Shown piece by piece: positions 21,201-30,100 of a stretch of DNA of 64,000 nucleotides. The stretch covers positions 4,401 to 68,400 of the forward strand of contig RDNZ01000008.1 in assembly GCA_011364905.1 (NCBI GenBank), written 5' to 3'. The position numbers and the translations under genes were made by a program. The notes under the pieces are model-generated. The model did not search any database. It was not told the origin of the DNA and worked only from the letters and a program-made list of their open reading frames with translations. How positions within the stretch are numbered: position 1 is the first letter of the stretch; every line of letters begins with the position of its first letter. The stretch comes from Candidatus Thorarchaeota archaeon. GTDB taxonomy: Archaea; Asgardarchaeota; Thorarchaeia; Thorarchaeales; Thorarchaeaceae.

Positions 21201-24200
21201 AAACTCAACATTGATGAAGACGTTGGATGTGTCATTCGTAATTCCACCTGTAGATGGGCTAGAATACAGGAATGTATAGACCATATAATCAAGGCAAGGA
21301 GAGGGAAGAGCAGCTTCAATCAATGTTAGTTCAGTATCTGCTCCCAAAATTTCAACTACAATGGACAGGTATCTGTTCTCATACTTCTGAATACTTCCAG
21401 TCCAGTTGAAATAGACTCTAAGTTGTTGAATCCCAATGCCTCCAAACTGTGAGGCTGCAATCGATATAGTGTAATATCCATCGCCCCTGATTGAGTCATT
21501 ACCCCAATTAACCACCAACTGGTGAGTTGTATTCCAGACTGTGCATAGGACATCAGAAGAGGCAATTCCTTGTAAATGATCGCGATCACCATAGTAGACA
21601 GAAACATTGATTGTCCCATCCGAAGTCGTGTCCTCCACTGGTGACAAAAGTCGTAATTCTGTTGTTATTGTTCGAACGACGACCGTGACATTGAATGTAG
21701 CTGCTTCATATTCTGGCCCAGCTGCGAAGTCAAAGACTAGAAGATAAGATGTCAATGCATCGCTGTCATAGGTATGAATTGTGATACTATATCGATTAGC
21801 CACCCAAACGATGTCAAAATGAGCCGGTGTCCAACTGCAGTTGTGATTCAGAGTGAAGATTGGTAGGTTATGATCCATATCAGTATAATCGACATAGAAA
21901 GTTCGAGAGTCACCCACAGGTATTTCCAGCGCACTAATAGTAGCAGTGGCATAAGTTCTAATTTGTCGTATCTGAATGTCAATAGATATGGTCTTGTTCT
22001 CATAGGTTAATGCAGAAGCCTCAAAAGTCACACTATATGTTCCAATACCCCAAGAGGACGTGTTGAGCGTTACCCGATATCTTCCACTACTTATCAGTTG
22101 TTGACCGAGAATATCTGCTCCTGTCACATAAACAGTTGCTGTGTCAATTCCAATGCCTCTATCCAAATCAACAAACTCCAAGGTGACAATCGCATTTGTA
22201 CTGTAGGATATTGTAAGAAGGGGATAATCTGGAGAAGTCAAATCACTTTGAGCTTGCGTGAATTGAAAACTAATGATAGGCGTTTGTGTGTTGGAGTAGT
22301 TCTCTGATATTCCAAAGACTAGGAAAACCCGTATACCATAGGCGCCTCCCGCGAAATATAAGTGATCGAGAGTTAATACGTAAGTTCCTGAAGGTTGAGC
22401 TGAGAATGTTTTGATGGTGTAGACAGTCCCATTCTTATCCCTGATGATGAAGTGACTCTGTAAAAGACCATTCACGGGTGTATCGTCATATATTGAACTT
22501 GAGTCATTTACAGTCACATGAGTCGTTATCTCGAAGTCATCTCCGATTGGAAAAACATCAATGTCATCCCAAGAGAGGACAACGGCTAGCTTCTGGATCC
22601 TCAACAGTATCGACGTCGTCCCATCATAGAAGTACCTCGGAGAAGTTGTAGCGAGGATTGTAATGTCAATTACATAGGTGCCTAATGTCCAATCCTGAGA
22701 GTCGATGAGGACCTGAAGTGAACCAAAAGATGCAGACCCACCAGCCCACTCAGCCAAAACGCTAGACAGATTTCCTGATATTGCGGCATTTCCAGCGTCA
22801 CGGTCTAGTAATTGAAGAGTGACGGTGGCATTGGACCCCATGGATATAGTGCCATCATAGGAAGCCACTACGGTTGTCCTATGCGGTCTTACAGTTACTG
22901 CCACTGTGATTTGGGCTGGTTGATAATTAGTCCCATCGATTGTGAAATTGAACAAATAAACTCCAACGTCATAGGAATCAACTTCGATTTGGACCGAGTA
23001 TCTCCCATCAAGAAGGTCTGCGTATTGGAACACTCCATCACCAAGTAGTGTTCCTCCAATTATCCCCGCATCACTGTGATCAGTATCCAGCCAATTGAGT
23101 GTGATACTCGCATTACGTCCCCAAGGTACGCTGACTGGATTTACCTCGATCTGAACGAGGTCTGTCTTTATCTCCCTATAGCGGAATACAACATCAACTG
23201 AACTTCCTATCACAAAGCTTTGAGCTGGAACTGCATTTATTGTATAGCAATGTGTTCCGAAGCTCGAGCCTGTTGAAACCAGGCTGACAAGATACGTACC
23301 GTTGTTATAGTCTGTAACACCATTAATCGTACCATTTGATGTGAAAGATGCCCCATCGTAACCCGCTCTGGTAATTGCATCTTCAAGCTCCACTTTGACA
23401 CTAAAGTCATCACCATAGGGCGTTGAGGGGGGTGTCTTGAAAGATAGAATAGTGTTGCGTGAAAGTTCCAAATCAAAGAAAGTTGTTGCATCTATCAGGT
23501 ACTGATGGCTCGAAACGATATTGATTCTCCAATTTCCAGGTTGATTGAGGTCCGAGGTGTTGAGAGTCTTCCCATAGATGCCGTTACCATAGTCTTCCAA
23601 TTGAATCTGTGTTTCGGCTCCCGAGATACTCCAGTTCATTGCAACTTTAGAGCCCGCCACATCTTGGGAAGTTTCAGTATTTGTCAGTTGAACTTCGACT
23701 TTGAGAAGATCTCCTGCAGTCCGTACTGCCACACCATCTCCAACTGCGTCTGTGGGTGATAATAGACTAAGTGACGATGCATGTTTGACGGTGAACAATC
23801 TGCTATACCTTCCAACGCGTTCTGGACTTGAATCAGCTGTGTTATTGAAATCGACATGAACCTCCCAGAGCCCATTTGGCCATGCACTTGTCACACTTAT
23901 TCCAGTCCATTCAAACTGACCACTTCCATCCTGAGTAAGATCATCTGTGCTGTAAAAGAGCTGACCACTTGAATCAATCAAAGAAAGCCGCATTGCGGAC
24001 CCAGGAATCATCGTAGCAGTTCCTCGGAATTTTGCAGAGTCTCCAATTTGCAGTGCTACAGAGTTTCCATATGCCCCCGCATTCGCGCCACACTCAAGAT
24101 TTGTGATCTCATTGGAGGATGAGAACATAAATGTCCAAACTCCGTACACGTCAAGCACTGAAGAGGGCACCATGACCTGTAAGCTTGTAGCAGTGACGTA

Positions 24201-27146
24201 GAAGAGTCTGTCCTGACCGAGTGAATCGGTCACACTTGAAAGAGTCCAATCTGAAGGTTTCATAAGTGTGAAATTCAGTGTACTCACACCTGGCGGGGGG
24301 CTAACTAAGACATTAGCTGTCCATGATGCATCAGTGTCATTATTCACACTGAACGAAGAACCATATTCAAAGTTTGCATCGAGAGTTGAGTCAGAATGAG
24401 TCACATTGATTTTTAGTCTTGGAAGAATCTCAACAACTGAGTCTGAACTCGTGGCAAAGAGCAGTTTTGCCTTTTCTCCGAACTGCGTTGTCTGCTCAAT
24501 ACCTTTAGTCAGGAATCCTGAAGGATCATATTGGTTTGCATATTCTGTCTGAATCCAACCAGCCGATTTGTAACCATTGATTACTCTAAACTCATCAATG
24601 CCTCCTCGAAACGGAGTGCCTCCTCCTATTGTACCAATGACGAACATATTGCTATCGCTACGCAAAGAACCTCCAGTTCCCAAGGTGTTATCATTAAACG
24701 AGTCCAAAAGCACACCATCTACAAAGCTATAGCCCCGGTACCGCCCATCCCCGCTGCTCTCATATTTAAAGACCACATAGTTCCAAGCTTGTCTCTTGAC
24801 GAGCACACCTTGGAAAGCATCGTAGCCGTTGAAATGAACATCAACTTGGAAATTGGCATATCCAGGGACTCCAACATCGAATGTACGCGCCAGACTCATA
24901 GAAGTACCCTTATCGAATACTCTCCATTCGTTTGACCAGAACTCGGTATCAGTGGAGAAATTAAAGTAGATCCAGAATGAGAATTGCCAATCAGACCAGC
25001 CATCAAAGATGCTCTGACCGTCAACAAAGGAAATGTAGTTGCTCCCTACATTCTCGCTGTATCTGGCACCATCAATCATCCCGTTCGGCATATAGCTCGT
25101 TAAAGTTGGTTCTCCGCCGTGACCATTGATGCTTGAATCCATCAAGTACGCTGCAGTGCCTGACTGTTCAGAGAGATGCCAGATACTTTCGTATCCTTGC
25201 CAAATATTGGCTGAATTCTCTATTCTTTGAGGTTCAGGTGTTCCATATTGCATGCTGATTACGGTGTCCTCAGTTGCAGACAAATAGGGGACTTGAACCC
25301 ACGCAATCAGGTGCGCGTGTGTACCATTGTAATTCGGGTCAAATACTTCGACTTGATAGTCCAATGTTTCTGAGCCTGATACAAATCTAATGTCATCACC
25401 ATCTGATCGAGCATGGCTTTTAAGATCGGCATCAAGAATGTCGACAAGAACAGGGAAGTTTTCAAGGTCCGCGCTGACCTTTGTATGGTCTATTGTCAGT
25501 TCTTTACTGTACTGTTGTACTGATATTGTGTCTTCTTCCTGAGGTATCATAAAGTCAACATAGAGTCTTGCGAGGTTTCCTCCTCCATATGACCAAGTTC
25601 CCTTTATCGTGTTGTAGTCGCGATAGTTATCTGAGAACATGTAGCCAATCATTAAACCAATGTAGTTGCCACTAGACCATCCCGAACGGGAAACCACTGC
25701 TTGGACAAGTGATGAAATGTCCGGTGACGCATATCGATAGTCAGCCGTCCAGTAATTTGGTGCCCAGTCAATGCTGTTCTCAATCCAGGGATACTGAACC
25801 TCCAAAGGATTAGCGCCAGTGGCAAATGGTGCCATATTGTCAGCTGCAGCCACCCATACTTTGAACGTGTTGTCATCCCCATCCGAACTATACTCACCTA
25901 GAGCCTCAATTTCCAATCTCGCAGATGTAATTACAGCTCCTCTTGGGATGTTTAATGGAAACTGCATTCCAGTTTGATACTTAATCACATCAGTCCAAGC
26001 TGTGCCACTTGAACTGTAGACTCCCACCTCTGGAGTTCCTGTAACACTTATTCCGGTATCAGAGCGACTGACACAGTCTCTGTTTGCCCCATCTGGTACA
26101 AAGGGCATGGTACTATCTGACACGGTCCCTGTGATCACAGTCTGATTGGCATGAAGACCAACTTGTTCTGGGAAAGGCCTTACTGTGAATGTGGCCTCTA
26201 TCTCATCTATATACACGAAGTTATTAATATTGGATGGAGGTTGACCCGAAAAGTCTGTACTCAGACCAATTGACAATGGAACAGATCCCGGTACTGGAAT
26301 ACTTGAGAATACCGAGGCCGGTACATCAACAAATCCCTGCAGCCACGTGTCGGTGGTATAGCCTGTATCAAATACGCCAAACCTGGCCTCATAGTTTCCG
26401 ACCCTCACAAACAGATAAAACATGCCATTCAATGTCTGACCACTTGGTACTCTATGATAGAATGATAGTCTGCAGGAGTACACCTCTCTCCATGGCAACT
26501 GGACCTGCTGACTTAGATATATCTCCATGTTGGGATTAAGAGTCTTGGTTGTGTCAAATAGAACACTGGGTCTCCACCCCATAGAGCTCTCTCTCCCGGC
26601 TCCTGCTGATGTGTACCAATAGAGCCCTCCATGCCTAGGATGCGTTGTCGAGTCACCCTTTTTCACAAGTGACCAGCCATCAGGCAGATAGAATGTTTCT
26701 GAGTTCCATGTTGAGCCTGTTATAATGTAACGTTCTGTATGGTAGTCATCAAGAAGTCCATTTGTCAATTGGGAAATTCGCGTAGAAATGTGCTCCATTG
26801 TTCCACTTAGAGCATTTGCAGTCCAGCCTTGAGGTGTGGCGATGGGAACTGATGCTGGCGTTGATGAGTCGAGCATGACAATAGGCTGTGTGGCATTAGA
26901 GAAGACGCCGCTAAAATTGATTGGTTGTGCTGCTCCTGTTGAACTATACTCTTGAGAACCCTCGGAAGGCTCAAACCAGTAAGGCGAGTTTTTGTTAATG
27001 ACCTTTCCACTGGTCAAATCAGACTGATTTGGAGTGAAACCTGCTGGAGAGCAAAACATTAGCAGGATGATACATGGGATTATGGCTCTGGAACACACTA
27101 GCTTCCATATCTTAGCGCGTTTCTTAGGGGAAGTACCTACTATCAT
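15201..27146 (-). CDS. Giant type-I membrane surface protein (3981 aa), paralog of the upstream giant gene
   Basis: Uninterrupted 11,946-nt ORF. N-terminal hydrophobic signal/anchor KLVCSRAIIPCIILLMFCSPAGF. ~550-aa head domain. One DUF2341-like + LamG-like module (LTIDHTKVSADLENFPVLVDILDADL, DGDDIRF, IWHLSE, GWIQTEYANQYDP). More than 20 ~100-aa repeats. TM helix FVMTVGGAFIIFMILFGVLWV (16431..16493). 409-aa charged tail (15204..16430). The ATG overlaps the stop of the upstream gene (ATGA). Confidence 0.85.
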   Translation of the reverse strand: MIVGTSPKKRAKIWKLVCSRAIIPCIILLMFCSPAGFTPNQSDLTSGKVINKNSPYWFEPSEGSQEYSSTGAAQPINFSGVFSNATQPIVMLDSSTPASVPIATPQGWTANALSGTMEHISTRISQLTNGLLDDYHTERYIITGSTWNSETFYLPDGWSLVKKGDSTTHPRHGGLYWYTSAGAGRESSMGWRPSVLFDTTKTLNPNMEIYLSQQVQLPWREVYSCRLSFYHRVPSGQTLNGMFYLFVRVGNYEARFGVFDTGYTTDTWLQGFVDVPASVFSSIPVPGSVPLSIGLSTDFSGQPPSNINNFVYIDEIEATFTVRPFPEQVGLHANQTVITGTVSDSTMPFVPDGANRDCVSRSDTGISVTGTPEVGVYSSSGTAWTDVIKYQTGMQFPLNIPRGAVITSARLEIEALGEYSSDGDDNTFKVWVAAADNMAPFATGANPLEVQYPWIENSIDWAPNYWTADYRYASPDISSLVQAVVSRSGWSSGNYIGLMIGYMFSDNYRDYNTIKGTWSYGGGNLARLYVDFMIPQEEDTISVQQYSKELTIDHTKVSADLENFPVLVDILDADLKSHARSDGDDIRFVSGSETLDYQVEVFDPNYNGTHAHLIAWVQVPYLSATEDTVISMQYGTPEPQRIENSANIWQGYESIWHLSEQSGTAAYLMDSSINGHGGEPTLTSYMPNGMIDGARYSENVGSNYISFVDGQSIFDGWSDWQFSFWIYFNFSTDTEFWSNEWRVFDKGTSMSLARTFDVGVPGYANFQVDVHFNGYDAFQGVLVKRQAWNYVVFKYESSGDGRYRGYSFVDGVLLDSFNDNTLGTGGSLRSDSNMFVIGTIGGGTPFRGGIDEFRVINGYKSAGWIQTEYANQYDPSGFLTKGIEQTTQFGEKAKLLFATSSDSVVEILPRLKINVTHSDSTLDANFEYGSSFSVNNDTDASWTANVLVSPPPGVSTLNFTLMKPSDWTLSSVTDSLGQDRLFYVTATSLQVMVPSSVLDVYGVWTFMFSSSNEITNLECGANAGAYGNSVALQIGDSAKFRGTATMIPGSAMRLSLIDSSGQLFYSTDDLTQDGSGQFEWTGISVTSAWPNGLWEVHVDFNNTADSSPERVGRYSRLFTVKHASSLSLLSPTDAVGDGVAVRTAGDLLKVEVQLTNTETSQDVAGSKVAMNWSISGAETQIQLEDYGNGIYGKTLNTSDLNQPGNWRINIVSSHQYLIDATTFFDLELSRNTILSFKTPPSTPYGDDFSVKVELEDAITRAGYDGASFTSNGTINGVTDYNNGTYLVSLVSTGSSFGTHCYTINAVPAQSFVIGSSVDVVFRYREIKTDLVQIEVNPVSVPWGRNASITLNWLDTDHSDAGIIGGTLLGDGVFQYADLLDGRYSVQIEVDSYDVGVYLFNFTIDGTNYQPAQITVAVTVRPHRTTVVASYDGTISMGSNATVTLQLLDRDAGNAAISGNLSSVLAEWAGGSASFGSLQVLIDSQDWTLGTYVIDITILATTSPRYFYDGTTSILLRIQKLAVVLSWDDIDVFPIGDDFEITTHVTVNDSSSIYDDTPVNGLLQSHFIIRDKNGTVYTIKTFSAQPSGTYVLTLDHLYFAGGAYGIRVFLVFGISENYSNTQTPIISFQFTQAQSDLTSPDYPLLTISYSTNAIVTLEFVDLDRGIGIDTATVYVTGADILGQQLISSGRYRVTLNTSSWGIGTYSVTFEASALTYENKTISIDIQIRQIRTYATATISALEIPVGDSRTFYVDYTDMDHNLPIFTLNHNCSWTPAHFDIVWVANRYSITIHTYDSDALTSYLLVFDFAAGPEYEAATFNVTVVVRTITTELRLLSPVEDTTSDGTINVSVYYGDRDHLQGIASSDVLCTVWNTTHQLVVNWGNDSIRGDGYYTISIAASQFGGIGIQQLRVYFNWTGSIQKYENRYLSIVVEILGADTELTLIEAALPSPCLDYMVYTFLYSSPSTGGITNDTSNVFINVEFVGASVDLSIVDIWEIDSVNRKGEYSIGFNNSIVGGTGIFSMRVFINWSAGVVPFYTNRTDLISVRVLPRTASLSVIPPTNVPFGENATFSFTYEDTTGGLSSPIDYNPAVMTISLNVPDFTLTYSSLEGLYEVSFNTSQLGAPLGARTLVLNLAWSGLPFYSNVTGRNIGITIVERQTILTYPTPPATPYGNNVSFTVSYTDIAGSTSKAVLNTTIEVYVGVDLIPSNYIQVTDLGSGEYRVDLNTSYFSQPGLYSLRVEASSEQFYYQSRSGTKSLTVSPRSTLLTAEPVASVPYENSFSIVLHYQDLDTFLPIGNDTGIIVALEILNGTDWLFTCSWRPSHQNYLLTVETYNQPLELGRTYHLWLNFSSEFAAPFYDWNDILVPFEMKERDTSLDLISSPSQTLYQDYANFTILYKDASTSLGISGGTIYLHYGVVLLEPSIDYIINENSPGQYLISIDTSVLGIPGVKTIQVTANWSAGSPYYNEALRAINIPVTERPSNVEIVFPPGQTWYLDNVTLDFTFVDISTGARVLVSLNDITIFSGGILLASGEYVVQPIGSIFRLQINSTVIAANLVSSWNITIQVGWTGGAPYYKDDAVSIFVNTVGRVGTVELSQIEETPIGDLMSINLIYTDLRKRNGIEGATIVLDCVEVPGLAEGLDYWVQMGTGIDSGKYEILISTSSLGSIGVFTFSIEVQWSALVSPFYVNISSPEVHGVVRAIQTSVSSGLPSPSVVAFYEDVSFVIQFNDTDHAVPINGAEGQIIVRYEPSGLEPSSWTVQALGGGQYNIILSMMDSISAGLKTVNVTIAMSQYQTAQTAVVFGLRNRVAGLSADVAPANYAGYATSVMIYLVDSDDNDSPLAGATLDLTWSDSNSYDDLGNGSYNLTLQTVNLNYGSQILTVGANLLHYSINTLKVDINLLAVPSNLIIAWSGPRSTNEVYWGEPLTIFASLNDTLRNQTVSLATITFDWDGGVGPFIPSGVPGNYTAILDTSSGTVSDTIIVVIKGSAPNYIDATEQLVFRLLPRPMEVIPEGNNYVFTVSQGDAEEVIVYIGDSLDDSLVTEAYVSAWWDYEGNLTLTEIPSRPGYYRFLISTGSAGFGSYQIHVNAGKQNYADASTTLIMAISKIQMVVWFDNITAAYESNPINWSDVVRIGVYVLAPALNASYPFSTGLDGLFVTWNSPELAKNGTLTNGASIGGPGYYYYDFNTSIDITGLHTFIISANAPSDDYERADNSTSIFVKNLEAIIIQPGTGEFDWGWAGLVNVTYYDSYHAQGMEADTFTFSWAGGVGSASYLGEGVYGIPIDTATLRPGTYTIAMEFRKANYDNVETTIRIHIAPVPTDISILLPELYQIGDSWAHLQVPYGDILTITLLYNDTYAAMGIPDGIFNGSFYSGRGVYEEPLTLSDQGFGNYTFVFNTLDWDLDLTISFHIQLALENRTTAVFDFDIQIIEIQTNLEVMGPEVISLHWGMNTTFSIYYSDAWPGHPSEGITEAMITIDNKGPLFAKVEYLGPDESRQGYYLFRVTATDRTGVADVTIHFNKTYYVADDVALSISVSPSSEQLTQRFVMTVGGAFIIFMILFGVLWVRILRVPKIIRIISGQVRRLRRNKVPKPAKGMRSRQAIVAELFNELNEPIGIKRKASQLPAESIIIEVPEIDELIIDLAILTGMTQQELDDFKFEIAKMKMSQQTSFVREVIGQEAIRVAGVQNKSVEQVMDEVVEERRKRIGGAATVAKPDLYEDLEEDTEVSEEEETGLDFEHRLREIELAEMAEQLEKRGIPSHEIESFVTQARDLPKDVVQMLLEGFTPRKKPEIEEGEVEHLSEKELEDLRSELIKRKASEREIDSIMEQARELPRELALEFFKKPETKTKKKPRKKVDTLSDKEREDLRAELVRKKVPKQEIDAIIEEAKTAPREKIQAFLESIEDTELEVPIKEVEFEDRLSDLEIENLREQLEQRGLPQEEIASILKQAKNLPSALIDELLKSIDADLDAKK
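15231..15917 (-). repeat. Four tandem ~42-aa helix-loop-helix repeats in the cytoplasmic tail of the 3981-aa protein
   Basis: LREIELAEMAEQLEKRGIPSHEIESFVTQARDLPKDVVQMLL / LSEKELEDLRSELIKRKASEREIDSIMEQARELPRELALEFF / LSDKEREDLRAELVRKKVPKQEIDAIIEEAKTAPREKIQAFL / LSDLEIENLREQLEQRGLPQEEIASILKQAKNLPSALIDELL. One copy occurs in the larger giant (27176..27304: LDEDELKQIRKKLESVGIKGSELETIMDQARELPRSLAEELL). Confidence 0.7.
16494..23795 (-). repeat. Array of ~100-aa beta-sandwich-like (Ig-like) repeats, extracellular stalk of the 3981-aa protein
   Basis: At least ~23 recognisable copies of the same strand motif (ITLNWLDTDHSDAGIIGGTL, FYVDYTDMDHNLPI, VSVYYGDRDHLQGIASSDV, NLIYTDLRKRNGIEGATI, VMIYLVDSDDNDSPLAGATL, ...). 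Confidence 0.6.
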
Positions 27147-30100
27147 TCCTCTTCACCTCCTTTCCCGAGAATGCTTCTCAGGAGCTCCTCAGCTAGACTT
27201 CTTGGAAGTTCACGTGCTTGGTCCATGATTGTTTCAAGTTCGCTGCCCTTGATTCCAACACTCTCCAGTTTCTTGCGAATCTGTTTCAACTCATCTTCAT
27301 CCAACATCTCTGCTGATTCGACTTCTTCAAATTCCACTGGTTCTGGAATAGCTTCTTCAGGCTCTTCCACTTCTGGTGGAATGATCCTTTCTTCAAGTGG
27401 CTTGGATTCCACCACTACTTCAATCTCTTCTCCAGCCAGAACAGCACGCGCCTTAGCGGCGGTTTCCTCCAAAATTACCTCCATCGGTTTTCGTTCTAAT
27501 CGTGCCTGTTTGATGGCCTCTTGGTTGATTACCTCTTTGACAAAACTCACCTGTTCACTCAACTTCATCTTTGAAACATCAAGCTTGAAGTCTTCAAGTT
27601 CTTCAGGTGATAGCTTCGACAGGATTGATAGTTGAATGAGCAGTTCCTCAATTTCAGGAACATCACTGGCGATAGGTTCACTTGGCATACTGGATGCTAT
27701 CTTTGTGATACCAATAGGTTCTGCAATATCATTGAATAAGTTTGCAACAATCTCTTGCCTACTTAGAACGCCATCTGGAGGCTTGGGTATTTTTCCCTTA
27801 GCAATAGTTCTTACCATTTTCCTGATAGCCCGTAGCTGCTTTGGCACACTAAATAGCCTGGTCCATAGTACTGCTCCAAGCAATAATATTGCACCAATTG
27901 GAACACCGAAGAGTATTGCTTGTTCAACAAGCAAATCAAACTCAGAGGGTTCGACTGAAACTGTTACCAACGCACTGATTGAAACATAATTGTCCTTGGA
28001 TAGAATGATTGAAACTAGAGCTGTTCCTTCTGCTCTATTAGATCGCACTCTTATTTCATACCAGCCTGGTCTTGATGGATCGGACTGGTTTAGTGAAACG
28101 TCCACGAAGCGCGTATCTAGACTTGTAGCATTTATTGACGCTCCTACTATGCTCGCATTCATATGACCTTCCCAAGTGTCATAGTAAAGTACCCAGATAC
28201 TGAAGACTTGGCCATAGTTCATGGTTACGGAACTTGGATCAATATATAGCGCTGTTGGGACATCAATTATCGTGAGATGAATATCCAGTGTTGCCCTACT
28301 CCAGTTGGTAAGGTGGAAGTTTAGAATCAATCTATATGGATCTGAACTAACCGTCCATCGTGTGGTGTCAATCAGCAGACTATAGTTGCCATTTGTGATT
28401 TCTTCGATAAGGAGATTGTCTCCATCAGGAACCGAAGAACCAAGAATCACACATTTCGTTTCGGTAGCACCCATAATCCCCCGATTATACCATGTGTCAT
28501 TATAGAAAAGGGTGAGTGAGATTGTGTCTCCATAAGGTATCTGAAGATTTAGAACATCATGGTCAATCTGATTTATCGTGGGTGCGAATGCAGCTATATC
28601 TGTTGGGACTTCTTTTACATTAAGTGTGAAAACGCCTGTTCCACTCTTGTAATTGTCCATCAGAAACCTCACAGAAACAGGATAAATTCCGGGACTAACT
28701 AGGGAGGCATTTATGAATACTTGATATGTTCCATTTGCTACATACGTGGATGTACTCTCACCACCATCCCATTCCACCAGTACTGTGGCTCCAGCTATTC
28801 CTCTATCAAACAAGAGGTCCCAGTATGTGATATCAACCCAACCAGTCCACCCCCAGATTTTTGGACTCAAGTATGTTGATTCGACTGATGTTTCAATGGG
28901 TTTTATTATCAAGGTTGTAAGATTGCTAGAATACGCAAACATGCCGATATTGGGATAAGCTGTGATTCTAAGTGTGTAAGTAGAAACATCATAGTTCCAG
29001 GTTTCGAAATCGAAGTAGAAATATCCTGGTCCTTCCATTGACGTCCCATTGAGGAACTCTCCTGTAAAAGTGGTTCCCGAGAGTGACCATAGCACCGTGC
29101 AATTTGCCAAACCTGTTGAAAATGGATCAGACTCGTTCAATGAAGGTGCAAGAACATATACTCCAATTCGAATTGTATCTGACCAGTTGAAGCTTTGACC
29201 ACTGTAACTAGAGGTTAGCGCATCAAGTTGTAGAACTGTGGCTATCTGTTTGACCTTAATGCTTGCAGGGGCTACTGAACGAAGATAGTTAGTTCCACTT
29301 GCTTCTATCGTAATGGAATACTGTCCAACAAGGAAGTCGTTTGTGTCAATGAAACAGGTATAGTACCCATCTTTTGCAGGGATTGGAGATAAGCTAATGC
29401 TCTGCGGTCCTTGTAAAACCCATCTGACTGTGACAGTTGCTCCTAGTAGAGGTATGTTTCGATATGTGTTATTGACATAGACTGTCACATTTACAGGAGT
29501 GCCTTTAAACACCTCTTGTTGTGCGCTACTGATAATACTCACAGTGGTTGGCAGTTTTAGGACATTCACTATGACTTGCGAGGTATTAGTGACGTAGTTG
29601 TTGAATGTAGCTGTGATTGATATGACATAGGTCGATGCTAGCACTAGATTGCCCGTATCTACTGTGACTGTGTAATTCCCTTGGTCAGATACGATTTCAG
29701 TAAGACTACCACTCAATGTACCAAACTGGTAAGTGAGTGTTGCTCCAGATATTACAGTGCCAGCTTTAGTGTCATTGAAGATTGCCCAGAATGATATGTC
29801 ATCGCCCCAGTAGACATCTGGGATTGTCTGAGGCAGAATGAGTCCAGTTGGTATGCGTTGGATTTCAACTGGTACAGAAATATCTGAGATGAAGTAGTCA
29901 CTTCTTAATGCACCAACCATGAGTGTATAGAGACCCGCATCAAGACTAGATGTAGTGAGTGTAATGTTGTACTGGCCATTCCCAAGATTGGTATAGTATG
30001 GAGTATATCCGATGTCTGGCCAAGTGATTGATAGTGTGGCGTCACTAATGGGTGTGTTATTTGCATCTGTGTCAACAAGTTCTACGATAACAAAGGTGGT

